A stretch of 60,526 nt of DNA, filler included, from Moniliella sp. 'wahieum' (taxonomy: Eukaryota): assembly GCA_003971905.1 (NCBI GenBank). It is 3 parts of 3 records of this genome, joined end to end, with 100 filler letters (N's around TTAATTAATTAA, not from the genome) between each part and the next. Parts side by side here need not be neighbours in the genome. Positions count along the whole stretch, not along the records: positions 20,768 to 42,133 come from RSEE01000196.1; 2 more parts are not named here. One strand, given 5' to 3'. The notes beneath the pieces are model-generated. The model saw only the letters and a program-made list of their open reading frames with translations. It ran no database searches and was not told the DNA's origin. Below are positions 26,697 through 39,639 of this stretch, one piece after another. Made by a program: the position numbers and the translations under genes. Positions within the stretch are counted from its first letter, which is position 1, and every line of letters begins with the position of its first letter.

Positions 26697-28824
26697 CATG
26701 CGCTGGAAGCCGAGCTGGGTAGTGCCGAATCGGAACTGGCTCGCGCTCTTCGCTTGGACGCGACTGGGCCCGATCCCGATCCCGCAATCGATCCGGGCGC
26801 GCTCCACAGGGCAGAAGACCGGATGGACAAGCTGCACAAGTCCCTCCAACGCTTGGACCACCAGGCACCTTCTCAGCTGGGCCAAGTGCTCAGCGACCGC
26901 ACGTTTGTCATCTTTGCCGCACTCACCCCGGCGCTCGGCGCCGTGTCGGAGGCCCAGGCAGACGAAGCCGTAGCCTCTTTGCCTTCGGGCCTGCCCGCCG
27001 GCGCGCTACGCTCATCAGGATTGCAGGTACTCACCTTGGTCGCGCGCCATTCCTCGCCGCGGAAGTGTTTGTGGCGGTGGTGGAACGGTTGGAGGCCCTG
27101 GCTTCTTCCGCTCCAGCTTCGGGGGCTCCGGCAGGAGAACAGGTCCACTTGGGTCCCGATGCTCCCTCCTCTTCCTCATCCTCAGGCCCGACCGCCGTGC
27201 CCCTACGCCCCCATTGGGATGCGGGACTGGAGATTGCTGGCTTACTGGAGCTGCTCCGAACCGGTACGTTTTCCCCTGCCTGGTTTTGGCTATCCGATCT
27301 GGGCAAGCCACATAAAGCCAAGTACTAACCACCCTCTGTTACCCCCCAGTCTTACCCCGACTCATGTCCAAGAAGCCACACAAGTTTACTGAGACGCTCG
27401 CCACCACACTTCCCCGTGCCGCGCGCCGAGGAGCCATGTCGCCGATTGCGTCGTCGGAGCCGTTGTGGGTCCTGAAGCAGTTGGTTGAATCGGTGAGCCA
27501 TGTGCACCGACCTGGCCCAATGGGAGGCTGAGATGCGCAGTTCGGCCGAGCCCAGTTCGGCGCGCAAGACGACCGCTCCTTCGTCCTTGGCCATCGCTTC
27601 GACCACGTTGGCGAATATGTACGTGACGACTGTGGCTACCTTGACCACCATGCTGCCCAATGCGGGCCAGTTGTGCCACTCTTTCCTATCGCCTCCCGCG
27701 GCCCAAGATCGAGAGGACGCAATTCCCCTCCTCGGTTCGTCCGCTGCGACCCAAACAACCATCGTGCCAGGCAGCGTGCCGCAGGGGGATAGCACCATGC
27801 TCGCTCCGCCTTCGACACTGGATCCCTTGGCGGCGATTTGGTCCGACATTGACCAGACCACCGACGCCTTGCACATTTCCTTGTTGACCACCGCACTGCA
27901 ACCGCCCGAGGAGGAGGAAGCCGCCGACGCGAGCGCCGCGAGCGCGCCCGGGCAGCTCGCATCGCAGCGTTTTTGCTCATGGTCCATCTGCTTGCCAGGC
28001 GGATCAAGGTCGCTGGCGTCGCGCCGCCTTCGACCTGGACGGGCCAAGTGGCAAGTTTGCTCCTGCAAGATTCGCGCGCGGTCGTGCTGGCCGCCTTGGC
28101 GCCGGGTCATCCCCATGGCGGCGATGCGTTGCCGGACGCGGCCATGCAATGGATCCTCTGGTGCCTCGCTGCCGTCACCAAGACCTCCGAGCCATCCCCA
28201 GTAGACAGCACCACAGTTCTGACCCTGTCCCAACGCCTGTTTGCCTACCTCGGTTCCAGCCTCGGTTGGCCAGCACGCGTAGCGCTGCGCACCCTGCTCG
28301 CCCACCATGCTGGCTCGCTCGCTATTCACCTCCTCCACGACTGGTGCGAGCCCGAGGAGGCAGGTGGACGACCGGCGCTGGCGCTAGCGCTGGCCCGCGA
28401 CGCGGCTGCGGCTCAGGTGCCCCATGGCGCGCTCTGGTCGCCCGAAGTGAGGCAGACGTTACTACTGCCGTCGGTCGAGGCGCTGGTGGCCACGGCGCTG
28501 CCCCCGGCCCGATGCCCAGGCGCCCGAGGCGACGCGCACCGCCGCTGCCTCCGCCTTGGTCCCGGTCCTGTCTGCCCGCCTGGGCGGCCTGACCGAGGCC
28601 GTGCACTGGGTCTACTTTTACCTCACCGCCGATACGCACGACACGGTGGGCCTGCGCGCAGCGGTGGAGCAGGTGCGCACAAAGGTGTATGCCCGGTGCA
28701 GCACGCCGTCCTGGGCTGGACACTGCGCTGGCGGGGATCGAGACGCCCGGGTGTGCCGAGGCGCGCTCGGCACTCGGCCTGCTCGACCTCGCCCTGGCCG
28801 CTTGCTGCCGGCGATGGAGGCGTG
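26697..28824 (+). CDS. Glomulin/ALF4/Ybp2-like helical-repeat protein (tentative)
   Basis: Helical segments with LVARHSSP.EVFVAVVERLE (SPkE motif) and C-terminal EAVHWVYFYLTADTHDTVGL, resembling the family from memory. Heavily frameshifted, start uncertain. Confidence 0.45.
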
Positions 28825-28894
28825 ACGGGAGGCGTGAGATGCGGAATGGGATGGCGTGGCACACGTATGTATTGGCGTATGGATGGAGAGGTGT

Positions 28895-28925
28895 GATGAG
28901 ATGAGATGAGATGAGATGAGATGAT
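28895..28925. repeat. (GATGA)n microsatellite
   Basis: About 6 perfect pentamer copies. Confidence 0.9.
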
Positions 28926-29370
28926 CGATGAGGCTGGTCCGATGGCGTTGGCATGCCACACCCGTTTAATTACACCCGCAGCAGCCCACGCCGCGTCACG
29001 TGACTGGTCGCATCCGTCCATCGATCTCCGACGGCGCCAGGTCACGTGCACACCCTGCTGCACTGCCCTGGGAACGCTAATGCATAATGGCACTGCGCAG
29101 ATTTGAAAGTTTGCGGTGGGCCAGCGCCACCCTCCGGCTGCGTTCGGCGTCGCAGCGCTGGCCGGTGCGCTGCTATCAGATACGCCGCGTCCCTCCTCCC
29201 GCACCACCTCCGCCGCCCCATCGCCGCCACCACCCCGCCCCCATCCCCATCCCCATCCCCATCCCACCACCACTGCCAGCACCACCGCACACCGCCGCCA
29301 CCATCGCCACCACCACTCCCAGCCCCCCACCCCCCGCCTGGGCTCTGCGCCTGCCCCCGCTCCGCACCCC

Positions 29371-32300
29371 ATGACTGCCCCTCCACCACCCCCCGCGCCC
29401 GAGCGCATCGGCTCCTACACCCTCGCCACCGAGATCGGCAAGGGCAGCTTTGCCGTCGTCCGCAAGGCCTACCACACTGCCCCCCCACGCACCGCCGTTG
29501 CTGTCAAAGTCGTCTCCCGCGCCATCCTCACCACCAAGCTCGTGGCCAGCCTCGAGGCCGAAATCAGCATCCTCCAGAGCATCACCCACCCCAATGTGGT
29601 CGAGCTGCTGGATTGCATCAAGAATTCCGACCGCATCTACCTCATCATGCCCTTCTGTCCCTGGGGCGACGCTACATGTACATCAAGTCCCACGGCCAGC
29701 TGCCCTCGTCGCCCCTCCCGTCGCACACCCGGTCACCGACCCCGTGTTCAGCGTCCGCGACCTCGGCGCCTCGGTCATGGCCAACAGTGCCCTCATGGCG
29801 TCGGCCCAGGACGAAAAGCAAGCCATTGATGCGCTCTGGGACGATGTGCGCCGTTTTCCTCACCCACCCGGTGGCGGACTGAACCCATGGGTGGTCCGCA
29901 GCTTCCTCTTCCAGCTCTGCAGCGCCCTCGAATTTATGTGGAACAAGCACATTGTCCACCGCGATATTAAGCCCCAAAACCTCCTCTCCAGCCGGCCGAT
30001 CCCACCTTTCTCGCCTCGGGTCATCCGTTGGGCATCCCGCAAATCAAGGTGGCTGATTTTGGGTTTGCCCGACATTTGCCGGCTGCCTCTCTCGCCGAAA
30101 CACTGTGCGGCAGCCCCCTCTATATGGCCCCCGAGATCTTGCGGCACGAAAAGTACGATGCCAAAGCTGATTTGTGGTCCGTAGGCGCGGTGACGTACGA
30201 GATGGCGTCGGGCAAGCCGCCCTTTCGGCGGCGAATCACATGGAGTTGCTCCGAAGAATCGAGAAGAACGACGATCGGATCCGCTTCCCTGACGAGCGAT
30301 CCGAGGGAAGCTTTACCCGCGAGAACATTCGTCGCGCCGAGGAAGGCTTGCCCCCGCTAGAACGGCCGCTCGAGGTCCCAGCCGACCTTAAGGAGATCAT
30401 CCGCGCCCTCCTCAAACGTCACTCTGTCGCCCGTGCTGACTTTGAGGAGCTCTTCCACTCCGTGTTGTCGCTTCCGGATCCGGGGCCGAGTTGGCTCGTG
30501 CCCTTGGTCGGCCCATCCCCGCCCCTCCTGCCCCTCCTGCCCCGTTGCCACAGGCCCCCTGCCCCTGCCCCTGTCCACGTCTGCCGCGCCGTCCTCCGAG
30601 CAGCAATATCCACCAACTCAACTGACTTCCCCTGCCCAGCGTTCCTCCCTGCCTCCTCCTCCTCCTCCTCCTTTGGCATCTACCGTCACGCACCGCCCTC
30701 CTCGAGGCCACTTTTGCCGTCGCCATCGCCTCCTGCCTTGCCTACGAACGTGGCCCCGCTCTCCTCGTATTTTCCTCGGCAACACGTTGCTCACACTGCC
30801 GCAGTCCCGATCCCGGGGGCAGTGCCCATCCCAAAGGCTCGCGCCAAGGCATCTCAGGCAGTCGATCAACCACATTCGATCCCCATGGGGGATGACACTG
30901 TTCCCCCCCTGCTGCGACCGATGGGTTCGTCAAGCTTGCTTGGTACACCTCCACCCTTGCCCGCGTTCGTCAAGCAGCCCTTTACGACGCCCAGCTCTCT
31001 GCCCGATGCCGGTGGTCTCTCATCCACTCGGCCTGGTTTTCCGCCTGCGTAGGACGACGATCGGGTTTCATACTGCCACTCCTTCCTCCCTTTCTCGTCC
31101 ACCACTCACAAGCCGGACTTTGGTCTCTGGCTCTCAGCAACCCGCGGCCGCGTGCGCCCGATCCGGTTCAGAACAAGTCCCGGCTCTCCTCGGTTGCCAG
31201 TATTTCCTCCCCCGCGGCCTCGACTGGGTCTAACCAGGGGTGTGACCGGGGGGGTGCAGAGTTCGGGCTTGTCATCCTCGTCCACCAGCCCAAGCCGAAC
31301 CCCCTCCGGGCCCGATAGCCCTGGACGCCAATCTTCGCGCGACACGGGGAGCTTGCTGGATGGAGAGTATGCTATGGTCGATTCCCGTGTGTCGGGCCCA
31401 GAGGAAGAGACGGAGGGAGAAAAACCGTTGCTGGCGTTTCCTGGTTCTTACCCGTCGTCGGCGCATGCAGCGGCAAGCGCTGCTGCCTCGGTGGCCGCAG
31501 CCGCCTTTGGCCGCACCTCCATCCGTCGCCTTAGTCAAATCCGTGCCCCTTCCTTTTCGCGCTTCAGCTTAGCAGGCCACCAATCTTCCTCTCCCGCCGG
31601 CAGTCCTACCACATTTGCCCAGCCCGCCCTCCTTCCTGACCGGTCACGAAGGGAGAGCAAACCGTCGCCCCGGGCTGGACTCGCATCCGCCCTCACCTCG
31701 GCCAAGCCCCCTTCCCCTCACACTCCCCCTCCCTCCCGCCCTCCACGCCCCGGGACATCCCTTCCGCTCGCACCGTGCCCCCTAGTGGCCCACGCTCCGG
31801 TTCCAGCGGGGTCCCTGCCGACCAGCCGGTCGACAGGCGAAAGAGGTTCGTCGTCAAGCACGGGAGCTACCGCGACGCCGACCTTGGCGGCGGCCATGGA
31901 GGGAGCGGGAGCGGGAGCGGAGCCCCATCTTCCACCGACCCCGGCTGTGCCGATTAGCACGTCATCTCAAGTGCGTCCCTTGCCGATCCCGAGGCCCGCT
32001 TTTGCGCTGCCGGCGCATCAGCGCCCCGCCTCTTTCACACCGCCGTTCTTCCACTTCGTTCTCTAGCAGTGGGCACAGTTTCTCCCCACGCATGCACCAA
32101 GGCCCTAGCACACACAGCTGGGGGCCAGTTTAGCCCCATCCCCTCTAGTAGCTCCGTTCCAACGGCCCACCCCATTCCATGTCGGGTGCCTCGGCTCCAA
32201 CGGGCGGGGCCTTTCCCCCCTTGAGTGCCTCGCCAGGAATGACACCCGGTGGCCCCTCGAGCCGGAAGCCGAGGAAGGGGGGATGAGCATCTCTCCGTTT

Positions 32301-33715
32301 GGGTCCAACATGATGGATGGGCAAATGGTTCGGGGGCCTTCCTTTTCCCCTAGTCCCCGTCCTACCCGCCTCCACCTAGTGCGCTGAGCAGCTCGCTGAC
32401 ACGGGCCATGAGCCAGGCCTCCATCCGTCTGTTTGGTATTCCCAGCGTAGTGGCCTTGCGCAACGCCCAAGCGATCATGCAGGGGCGCACGTGGCGGAGT
32501 CAGAGTTACTCGGCGCTGGGCCGGGTGTGAGTACGCACAGCTTGCTTAGCGGCACTACCCCTCCCTTGGCTGGAGACGCGTCGGCGGTCAGCTTGGCGGG
32601 GGAGCCGGACCAGGCGGAACGCAACATGTTGGGACTGATGCTGGACTACTTCCACAAAGCTCATGTGCTGAGCGAATTGGCCGACTCGAGATTTACCGAT
32701 CATTGGGTACGCTGCCGCCGGCCTCCCACTCAGAGGGAGCAACTAGCCTCCCGCCCGAATCGTATTGGCGCGACCCTGCCACACTCCCCACATTTTCCCC
32801 CGATGCTGGCGCCTATTGTGACAGCTGCACCCCCGCCTGGCGGGCGGTCGTCCTCCTCACTCAGCTTGGCATCTGCCTCGGTCGTGGCCAACGAAGTAGG
32901 TGTGCTGGCCAATGAGTCGGCAACGCCAGGCACCACCCCCGTCGTCTACCCCCTTTTTGCCCGCCGCTGTACTGGGCGTGGCCCCCACTTCTGTCTCTGC
33001 CTCTCCTTCCAACAGGTGGCCGACTCGGAGGCAGTGGCGGCCGAGTGTCTGCTTATCTACCTCCGTGCTGCCGCGTTGATTGACCGCGGCTTGCAGACCA
33101 CGCGCGAGTTTCTGGATGCTCGCCAAGCCAATGGCTGGACCCGCCCGCCCTGCCCCGATCTGGTGGACGTACGTATCACTTTCCTCGGTGACGGAAGAAG
33201 AAGAAGAGTCCAGCTAACCCCGCATGTGTATGACAGTCTCTTTTGCGCTCAAAACCAGTTTTCAAGCGCTGCTGGAGCGGGTCGAGTATGTGCGTGCCAA
33301 GACGGGGGAGAGTGATGAGCTGCACCCGACGCGCAACATCAATGATCTCATCCTCACCATGGCTGTGGACATTGCGCGTGCCGCTGCATCGGACGAGATG
33401 AACCGAACTCGGCAGAGCAGCTCTGGGCGGGCCGAGTGGAACGCACAGGGCTGTATTGATGCTTACGATGCAGCGGAGACGCTGCTACTCTCCTTTCTCG
33501 AGGCCAACCTGGCCGACTAACCAGGCAACACGGCCTTGTCCCCTGCCACCACAGCGTTTATCGAAAAGTGTACGCGTATCCCCGTTTTCTTTCCTCCCCT
33601 TGCGATCTCTCCACGGCTCCCCTCGCTAACCCCCAACATTCCCCCCACCACAGACGTTCATTCGATTCACAAGCGCCTCGATATCCTGAACCAGAACATG
33701 GGCCAGACGACCTGA
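29371..33715 (+). CDS. ATG1: Autophagy Ser/Thr kinase Atg1/ULK
   Basis: [82 protein letters not shown]. Ser/Pro-rich linker and a helical MIT-like C-terminus ([22 protein letters not shown]). Two probable 3' introns. Confidence 0.92.
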
Positions 33716-35017
33716 GTCACGCTCTGTTGGCCTTGTCCGCCCTTTCTTCATTTTGACACCATGCTCCCATGCTGGTCAAGTACGCCACTCTTTATCGCCC
33801 TGTCTGCACAGCAACGCCGTGCGTCCCCAAACGCACCCCCCCCCGCCTTCCTACTTCTGTTAGATGTGGTATTGGCTGGGGTATGGTTGCTGCTCCTCGT
33901 TCGTCCTCTTGTGTTCCCCCGCCCCGTTCGTCTCCTTATAACCCTTGACTCTCGCCCGCTTTTCACTTGGTTTTTGGCGCCGCCTCGTATCAACCCCTAA
34001 GCAGTGGGGTGGCCCTTGTTTTGTCATGTTCAGTACCCCATTTTTTCTTTTCATCCCAGTCTCCCACGATCCCCCCCCTGCCACTCTCGCTGACGCACCG
34101 TATTCTTGGTGCCCTATATTACAGGGTGGGCCCGCTGGCTAATTTGTATATCGCGTTGCTTCTCGTGTTCGTAGTTGGAGAAGGGGGGGGGGGGGAGGCA
34201 ATGATGATGTCGATGATGCATAAACAAATTCTGGATCGTGATGGTCATGGCATAATATAGCCTCAATGACCTCATCACGACGTTATCGACCTTTCATAGT
34301 ACACCGCGCCCGCTGCACGACAGTCAAGAACACTCGCCCGCCACATCTAGCAGGAGGCAGGAGAAGGGAGATGATCACTGGGCTGATCCCAGCGTCCCAT
34401 TCGGAGCCAGATGGAGAGGCAGCAAGATACAATGATTCTGCCAATTTCGTTCGTCGCCTCTACACTGGATACGGCTGGCTTAACCTGTACTACGCCCCCC
34501 CGGACCTCAGTTGTACCATAAGCGCTGAAGTTACTGTGGATACCCGGATGCTGGAAATCGAAGAAGCTATTGGAGTAGGAAGGCAAAGCAGCCGGAGCAC
34601 AGAAAAAGTAAGGGCTAGATGGGGAGGGTCACCCGCCGGTCACTTGGCCACAGAAGTACCAATCCATGGGCCGCTCCCGCGCGACTTCTCTCTCCCATAA
34701 AAGCAGTCCATGACTCCAGGCCTCACGTGCACTCACGCCAATGATGCCCAGCCAAAGAGCGGCAGGTAAAACATAGTGCTTCGGAAAGGCTCGAACTGGC
34801 GACCTCAGGATTAGGTGTAGGAAGCCACTCATACGGTCGTATGAGACCTGCGCGCTAGCCAACTGCGCCAACGAAGCTCGCTGCGTTATCACAGATCCCC
34901 TACAAGCGAGCTTGTACACCTCATCTCTAAGGCAAGCTCTTAAGCCTTGCGGCTAATACAGGCGACAAAGGAAGGGGTCCGACATTCAAGACAGCGGGAG
35001 CTATACACATATGTATG

Positions 35018-36080
35018 TCATAGCAGGCCCATCGTGCGCAGGTTGGTGCGCGTGATGATGTCACGGACAGCTTGAAGGACAAACGCGATCTGTTTCGTGT
35101 CTGTGGCGCACGTCAAGTAAGGGTAGGTGACCCGTTCCGTCCGAGAGCAGGAAACAAACTTGTTGGTCAAGAAGCTGGCTGCGTGTCTAAACTCCTCTGC
35201 GGGCTTGAGCTCAGCCTGAACCATCGGCACATAGTCTGGACAGTAGCGTTGTAATGGAGATTTGGGCAACTTGGCTCGGAATAAGTCTGTCTTGTTGAGG
35301 AAGGAGGAGGGCTGATTTGACAACCATTGCGAGTTGCAGATTGAGTCAAAGAGCGCCAGGGAATCGTGCAAGCGGCTGGTTGTGTTGTCTTCATAGAGTA
35401 CCTGATCATATTCTGACAGGGCAACCATAAAAAGAAGCAGTCACCCCCTCAAAGCAGCTGATCCACTTGCGCCTCTCCGAGCGTTGCCCACCGACATCGA
35501 CAATGCGGTACGAAGTCCCGTCGATATCGAACCTTTCCTCAACGACTACAGTCGTCTGCACCCGAGTTCTCAGCACGTCCTGGTCCGTCGGGATATATCC
35601 AGGCAAACCAATCCGCTCGATCGCATCAAAGTAGTACGCTGCTGAGTCGTTCAGCTGGAACTCATGCGAACGAGAAAATGCATGCTGCACCCCTGCATCC
35701 AACCAAAGGGTGCCAATCGCTCGAATTAAGGACGGGGAGAGGTGGAGTAAATCAAACTGTCCAGTTTTCGCCTGGATAACTTGTTTAGCTGCCAAGGCTG
35801 CTTCAGGCGATTGAATGGGAATGGCGAGAACCTCCATGGCCTCAAGCATAACCCGCATGCTCTCGAACGTGTTGGAAAAGATGACCGCCTTAAACGACTC
35901 CCGCTCCTCTGGTGTGTAGGGCCCACGATGGATCAGCTTCATTTGTTTGAGGACAGTTGACTTGCCACTTTCGCCGCTGCCCAGGAGCAGCATCTTGACA
36001 ACCTTTCCCTCTGCTTCGCGCGCCTTCTTGAGCGCCATGTCGATCGCATGACTCCGAGCTTGGCCTTGATCTTGGGCCAT
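35018..36080 (-). CDS. Heterotrimeric G-protein alpha subunit (group I/Gi-like)
   Basis: KMLLLGSGESGKSTVLKQMKLIH, FQLNDSAAYY, DQDVLRTR, DVGGQRSERRKW, FLNKTD, TCATDT, C-terminal NLRTMGLL. Confidence 0.93.
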
Positions 36081-38812
36081 ATTGGAAAAGCGGTGGTAGA
36101 CTGATAGAGGATCAGCCGTAAGTTAGCAGTTGCCGGCGAACAACCCCAGCAATGAACGGCGCTGCTTGTGACGCATATAGCGAATTTCTGCCCGGGTAGT
36201 TGAAGCTTGAAGTGGGATGCGGTGTTAGTGGAAGATGCTGGCAAGTGGGTGGTAATCTAAAGCCCCGCCGCTCACCTCCGCCACACCACCACACCGCAGG
36301 CGGGTGAGATCTGAGATCCGGTGGCCAGAGCCATTGCAAATGTGTGGATGCAGGCTACTAGGAGGCAGGCCTATTAGGCCACTTAATACGTGTACCCAAC
36401 ACTGTGTGGCAAATGCACATGGATGAGTCACACACACTGCGTGGAGACACGCCACTGATTTGTGGGGCCTAAGTACCCACGTGCGATAGTTGCGTGCGTG
36501 TTGTTGCATTAGACGGCGACGATGTGTGATGTGTGATGCATGATGCACCCAATGCGTGCGGACCATGTGAGCTACGAACCTCCGTGAGTCTCAGATCTCA
36601 GTACTGGCCGTGCACAACTGATAGGAGCTGAGATAAAGCTGGTCCTGTGTGCTTGTGACCCTTACCCCTCAGTCTGAGGCCTCTCAGATCTCAGATCTCC
36701 CCTCGGGCCTCAGGGGTTCAGGGCCTCAGAGGGCCTTCAGAAAAGGGTGGAGCTCGAAATTTGAAACTCTTGTAACCTGAGGCCTGAGAGGAGATCTCGG
36801 GCGCCAGAGCACAACGCCTGGGAAACACCAGGCAAAGGAGCTACATCTCGAGTAATGTCAGAGTTGACACTCGTCAACGGGTACGACACTGGGTTTGCTC
36901 TCGTTCATGTCGGAAGGGGTACGATCTGGCGGCTCCCCCGGGTTCCCCCGGGCTGTAATCTCTGGAGATATAAGTTGGAGCGCGGGGAATAAGATGGTGG
37001 TGTAGCCTCTGCTCCACAATTTTGAATTCTTGAGGAGACTCCCTGTGTAGCGGGCAGTGGCCTCCCGGAAATCTGATCGCCATCACTTGACCTGGTGAAA
37101 GGGCCCGCAGCCGGAGACAGCCGGGGGACCCGCTGCTCGCCAGAGTCAACATACCGAATACTCTGTAGCGCCGGCTCGAACTGCACCGGTGGGGGAAGCA
37201 AATGCCGGCATTTCCGGTCTCGGCAGCCTGGAGAGACGAGTTGTGTCTCGCGCGCGTCTGCTGCCACCGCCAGGTCCCTCCTCTCGTCCACAGTCCAGAC
37301 GCGGGATGGATCATATGACTACACCCCATGAACTGACCCCCCCCCCCCCCGCCCGGCCCTTGGGAATGAACAGAGCAAAAGCAGCCGCTTAAGCGGTTTT
37401 CATGCATTACATGGCGACCGCTTGGGAGGATGGACGTACCAAGAAACCGACAGGGAACCTGTTACCGCTGCCACTGAACGTCATTCAAATACTCAAGGCG
37501 CAAGCCAGAGTCAACAATCAAAAACGCCCCACAACCAACACCAGCACAGACAAGTGGACGACGAGCACACACTGCCGCCTGTCCGCTCCATCACGCATTT
37601 GATGTGCCTTCGTCCCAGCGCACCCGGCGGGGCGGCTACCGCCCACCGGGCGTCTGTAATCTGCGGCGCGATGGGGGCAACCTTGGTTCAGCCTCACCAT
37701 TTCCGAGCTACGACACGCTTTCAATGCAGTCCTGAGGGATCGAGCCTGCTACTTACCACCAATGCGAAATGTGAGTAACTTGGACTACTGGAGAAGGATA
37801 CAAACAACGTACACACCAAACGCAGTTGACATGTTGGGCCCATTCTGAGTCGGAGACCTGAGAGCGGCGGGCACTGCGACCAAGCACACCACGAGGGATA
37901 ACCAGTAGCAGTACTACTTCTCATTCTGCAGGTCTCATATCCCCAGCCTGACCCACACTCCTCGGGCTTGAGCGAGGCGATCTGCATGTGCGCATCCGCC
38001 TCTTCATCGGCGCCATGTCGCAGCAGATGCCGTTCAGGACTCGATCCACGTCTTCATAGTAGTCCTCAAGCTCTTGAGAAACCCGTCCGTTGTTTTCATG
38101 TACAATGCTCCCGGTGTCTGGGACGCGTTCCCCGCCATCATCCGAGGGCGTCGTTGCCGAGCGAGATATTTAATCTGGTGCCGAGGGAAAGCCTCCGCAT
38201 CTAGCAGATCGATGGCTTGCTTATTCCATCGGCTGTTCGGCTCCGTCAAACGCAGTCGTACCTGTTGAGCGCTCTGGTAAGTATATCGCGGCAGGGCAAG
38301 GCATGAGCGGTTTCGTACATGATGAAAAATAGTGAGTATACCTGTGCCAACGTCATGCAGGGCATTGTGAAAGCGCATGACGCATCAAGTACTTTGACGT
38401 GGCCGTAAGACGGCAAGGAAAGAGGCGACAAGATGGGGTTGTCGGATGCAAACAGGCAACAGAAGTGGACAGATGTATCTCCTCCCGACACAGCGTACCT
38501 TGATAGAAATCTTAGCCGCATGTTGGCCGCCTCAAAGTTTTCTTGTAATGTCTTGCACAGCTCCTGCACGGTTGGCGCTACAGTTGGGAGGTACTAATTG
38601 GACATTGTCACGGCAGTGAGGAGTACCTCTGGTGAAAATATGCGGCCGGTGGGTCAAATACTGTGGGAGCTATGGCGGTTGGAAGTTTTGAGCAAGAGTG
38701 AACAAGAGGTGCAGCGCCTCGACGGTTGGCCCGACGGCCGTGGTGTATTAGAGGGAAGTGTAGCGGGAGGGTGGGACTACCGCTGTGCAGAGTTGGGCAG
38801 CGGTGGGTACAA

Positions 38813-38936
38813 TACCTAGACATATTTGTCAGCATCAATTGGTGATTTTCAATTTGAAATCGGCCCCCACCTTGTTTGAAAAACCACTAGGTGAAAACCA
38901 GCGAGCCCGGTTGGTGAAAATTGTACAAGCTCTGGG
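38813..38936 (+). repeat. ~125-bp subtelomeric direct repeat, copy 1
   Basis: TACCTAGACATATTTGTCAGCATCAATTGGTGATTTTCAATTTGAAATCGGCCCCCACCTTGTT...GCGAGCCCGGTTGGTGA.AATTGTACAAGCTCTGGG, near-identical to 41937-42062. Confidence 0.95.
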
Positions 38937-39639
38937 CCGGGCCGGCGGGCCGACAGGCCCTGGCCGGTGACCGGCTGACCGCTGACCGTGCTGACCAACG
39001 CTCTGACCATCAGAAGGTGCTGCTGCTCGCATCACTTACCCCAGCACTGCCACCGCCACCGCCACTGTCACTGCACACCCCACCGCGCCGCCGCCGCCTC
39101 CAACGCACACGCCAGCCCTCCCACCCCCACTTCCACCCCCACTCCCACCTCCACTACCACCTTTACTCCCGCACCACTGCCATCTCCACTGCTACCCCCC
39201 CACTTGTTTTGCGACCCCCATTTCCAACACCAGTATGGTCGTTGCATGTAGAGTAGATGCCATAATAGGATGCCATTGGGCTGTAGCACCACCGCGTGCA
39301 CGGCGCCTTGGGTCTCAGCTGCAAGCGGTCGTGTATTGACTTCATCGCCTGCCATAGCTGGCCCCATGCGATGGCTAGCAGCATACCAAATTGCAGCCCA
39401 ATCGGTTGAGAAACGGCCGAGATGTGTCCATTTTGGTGCAGCGCGCATCGCTCAACACGCCGCCAAGTCGTGTCGCCTCTCGGTACGCGCATCAGCCGTC
39501 GATGCATGCACCCGCACGGCGGCAGCGTAATAAATTGTACTCCACACGCGTCGCGCTGCCTGCATTCTTTCATTTCCTCCTCTTTCCACGCCTCCCAACG
39601 CGCCCCTTCCTCCTCACGTCCCACCATCCTCGCGTTACC

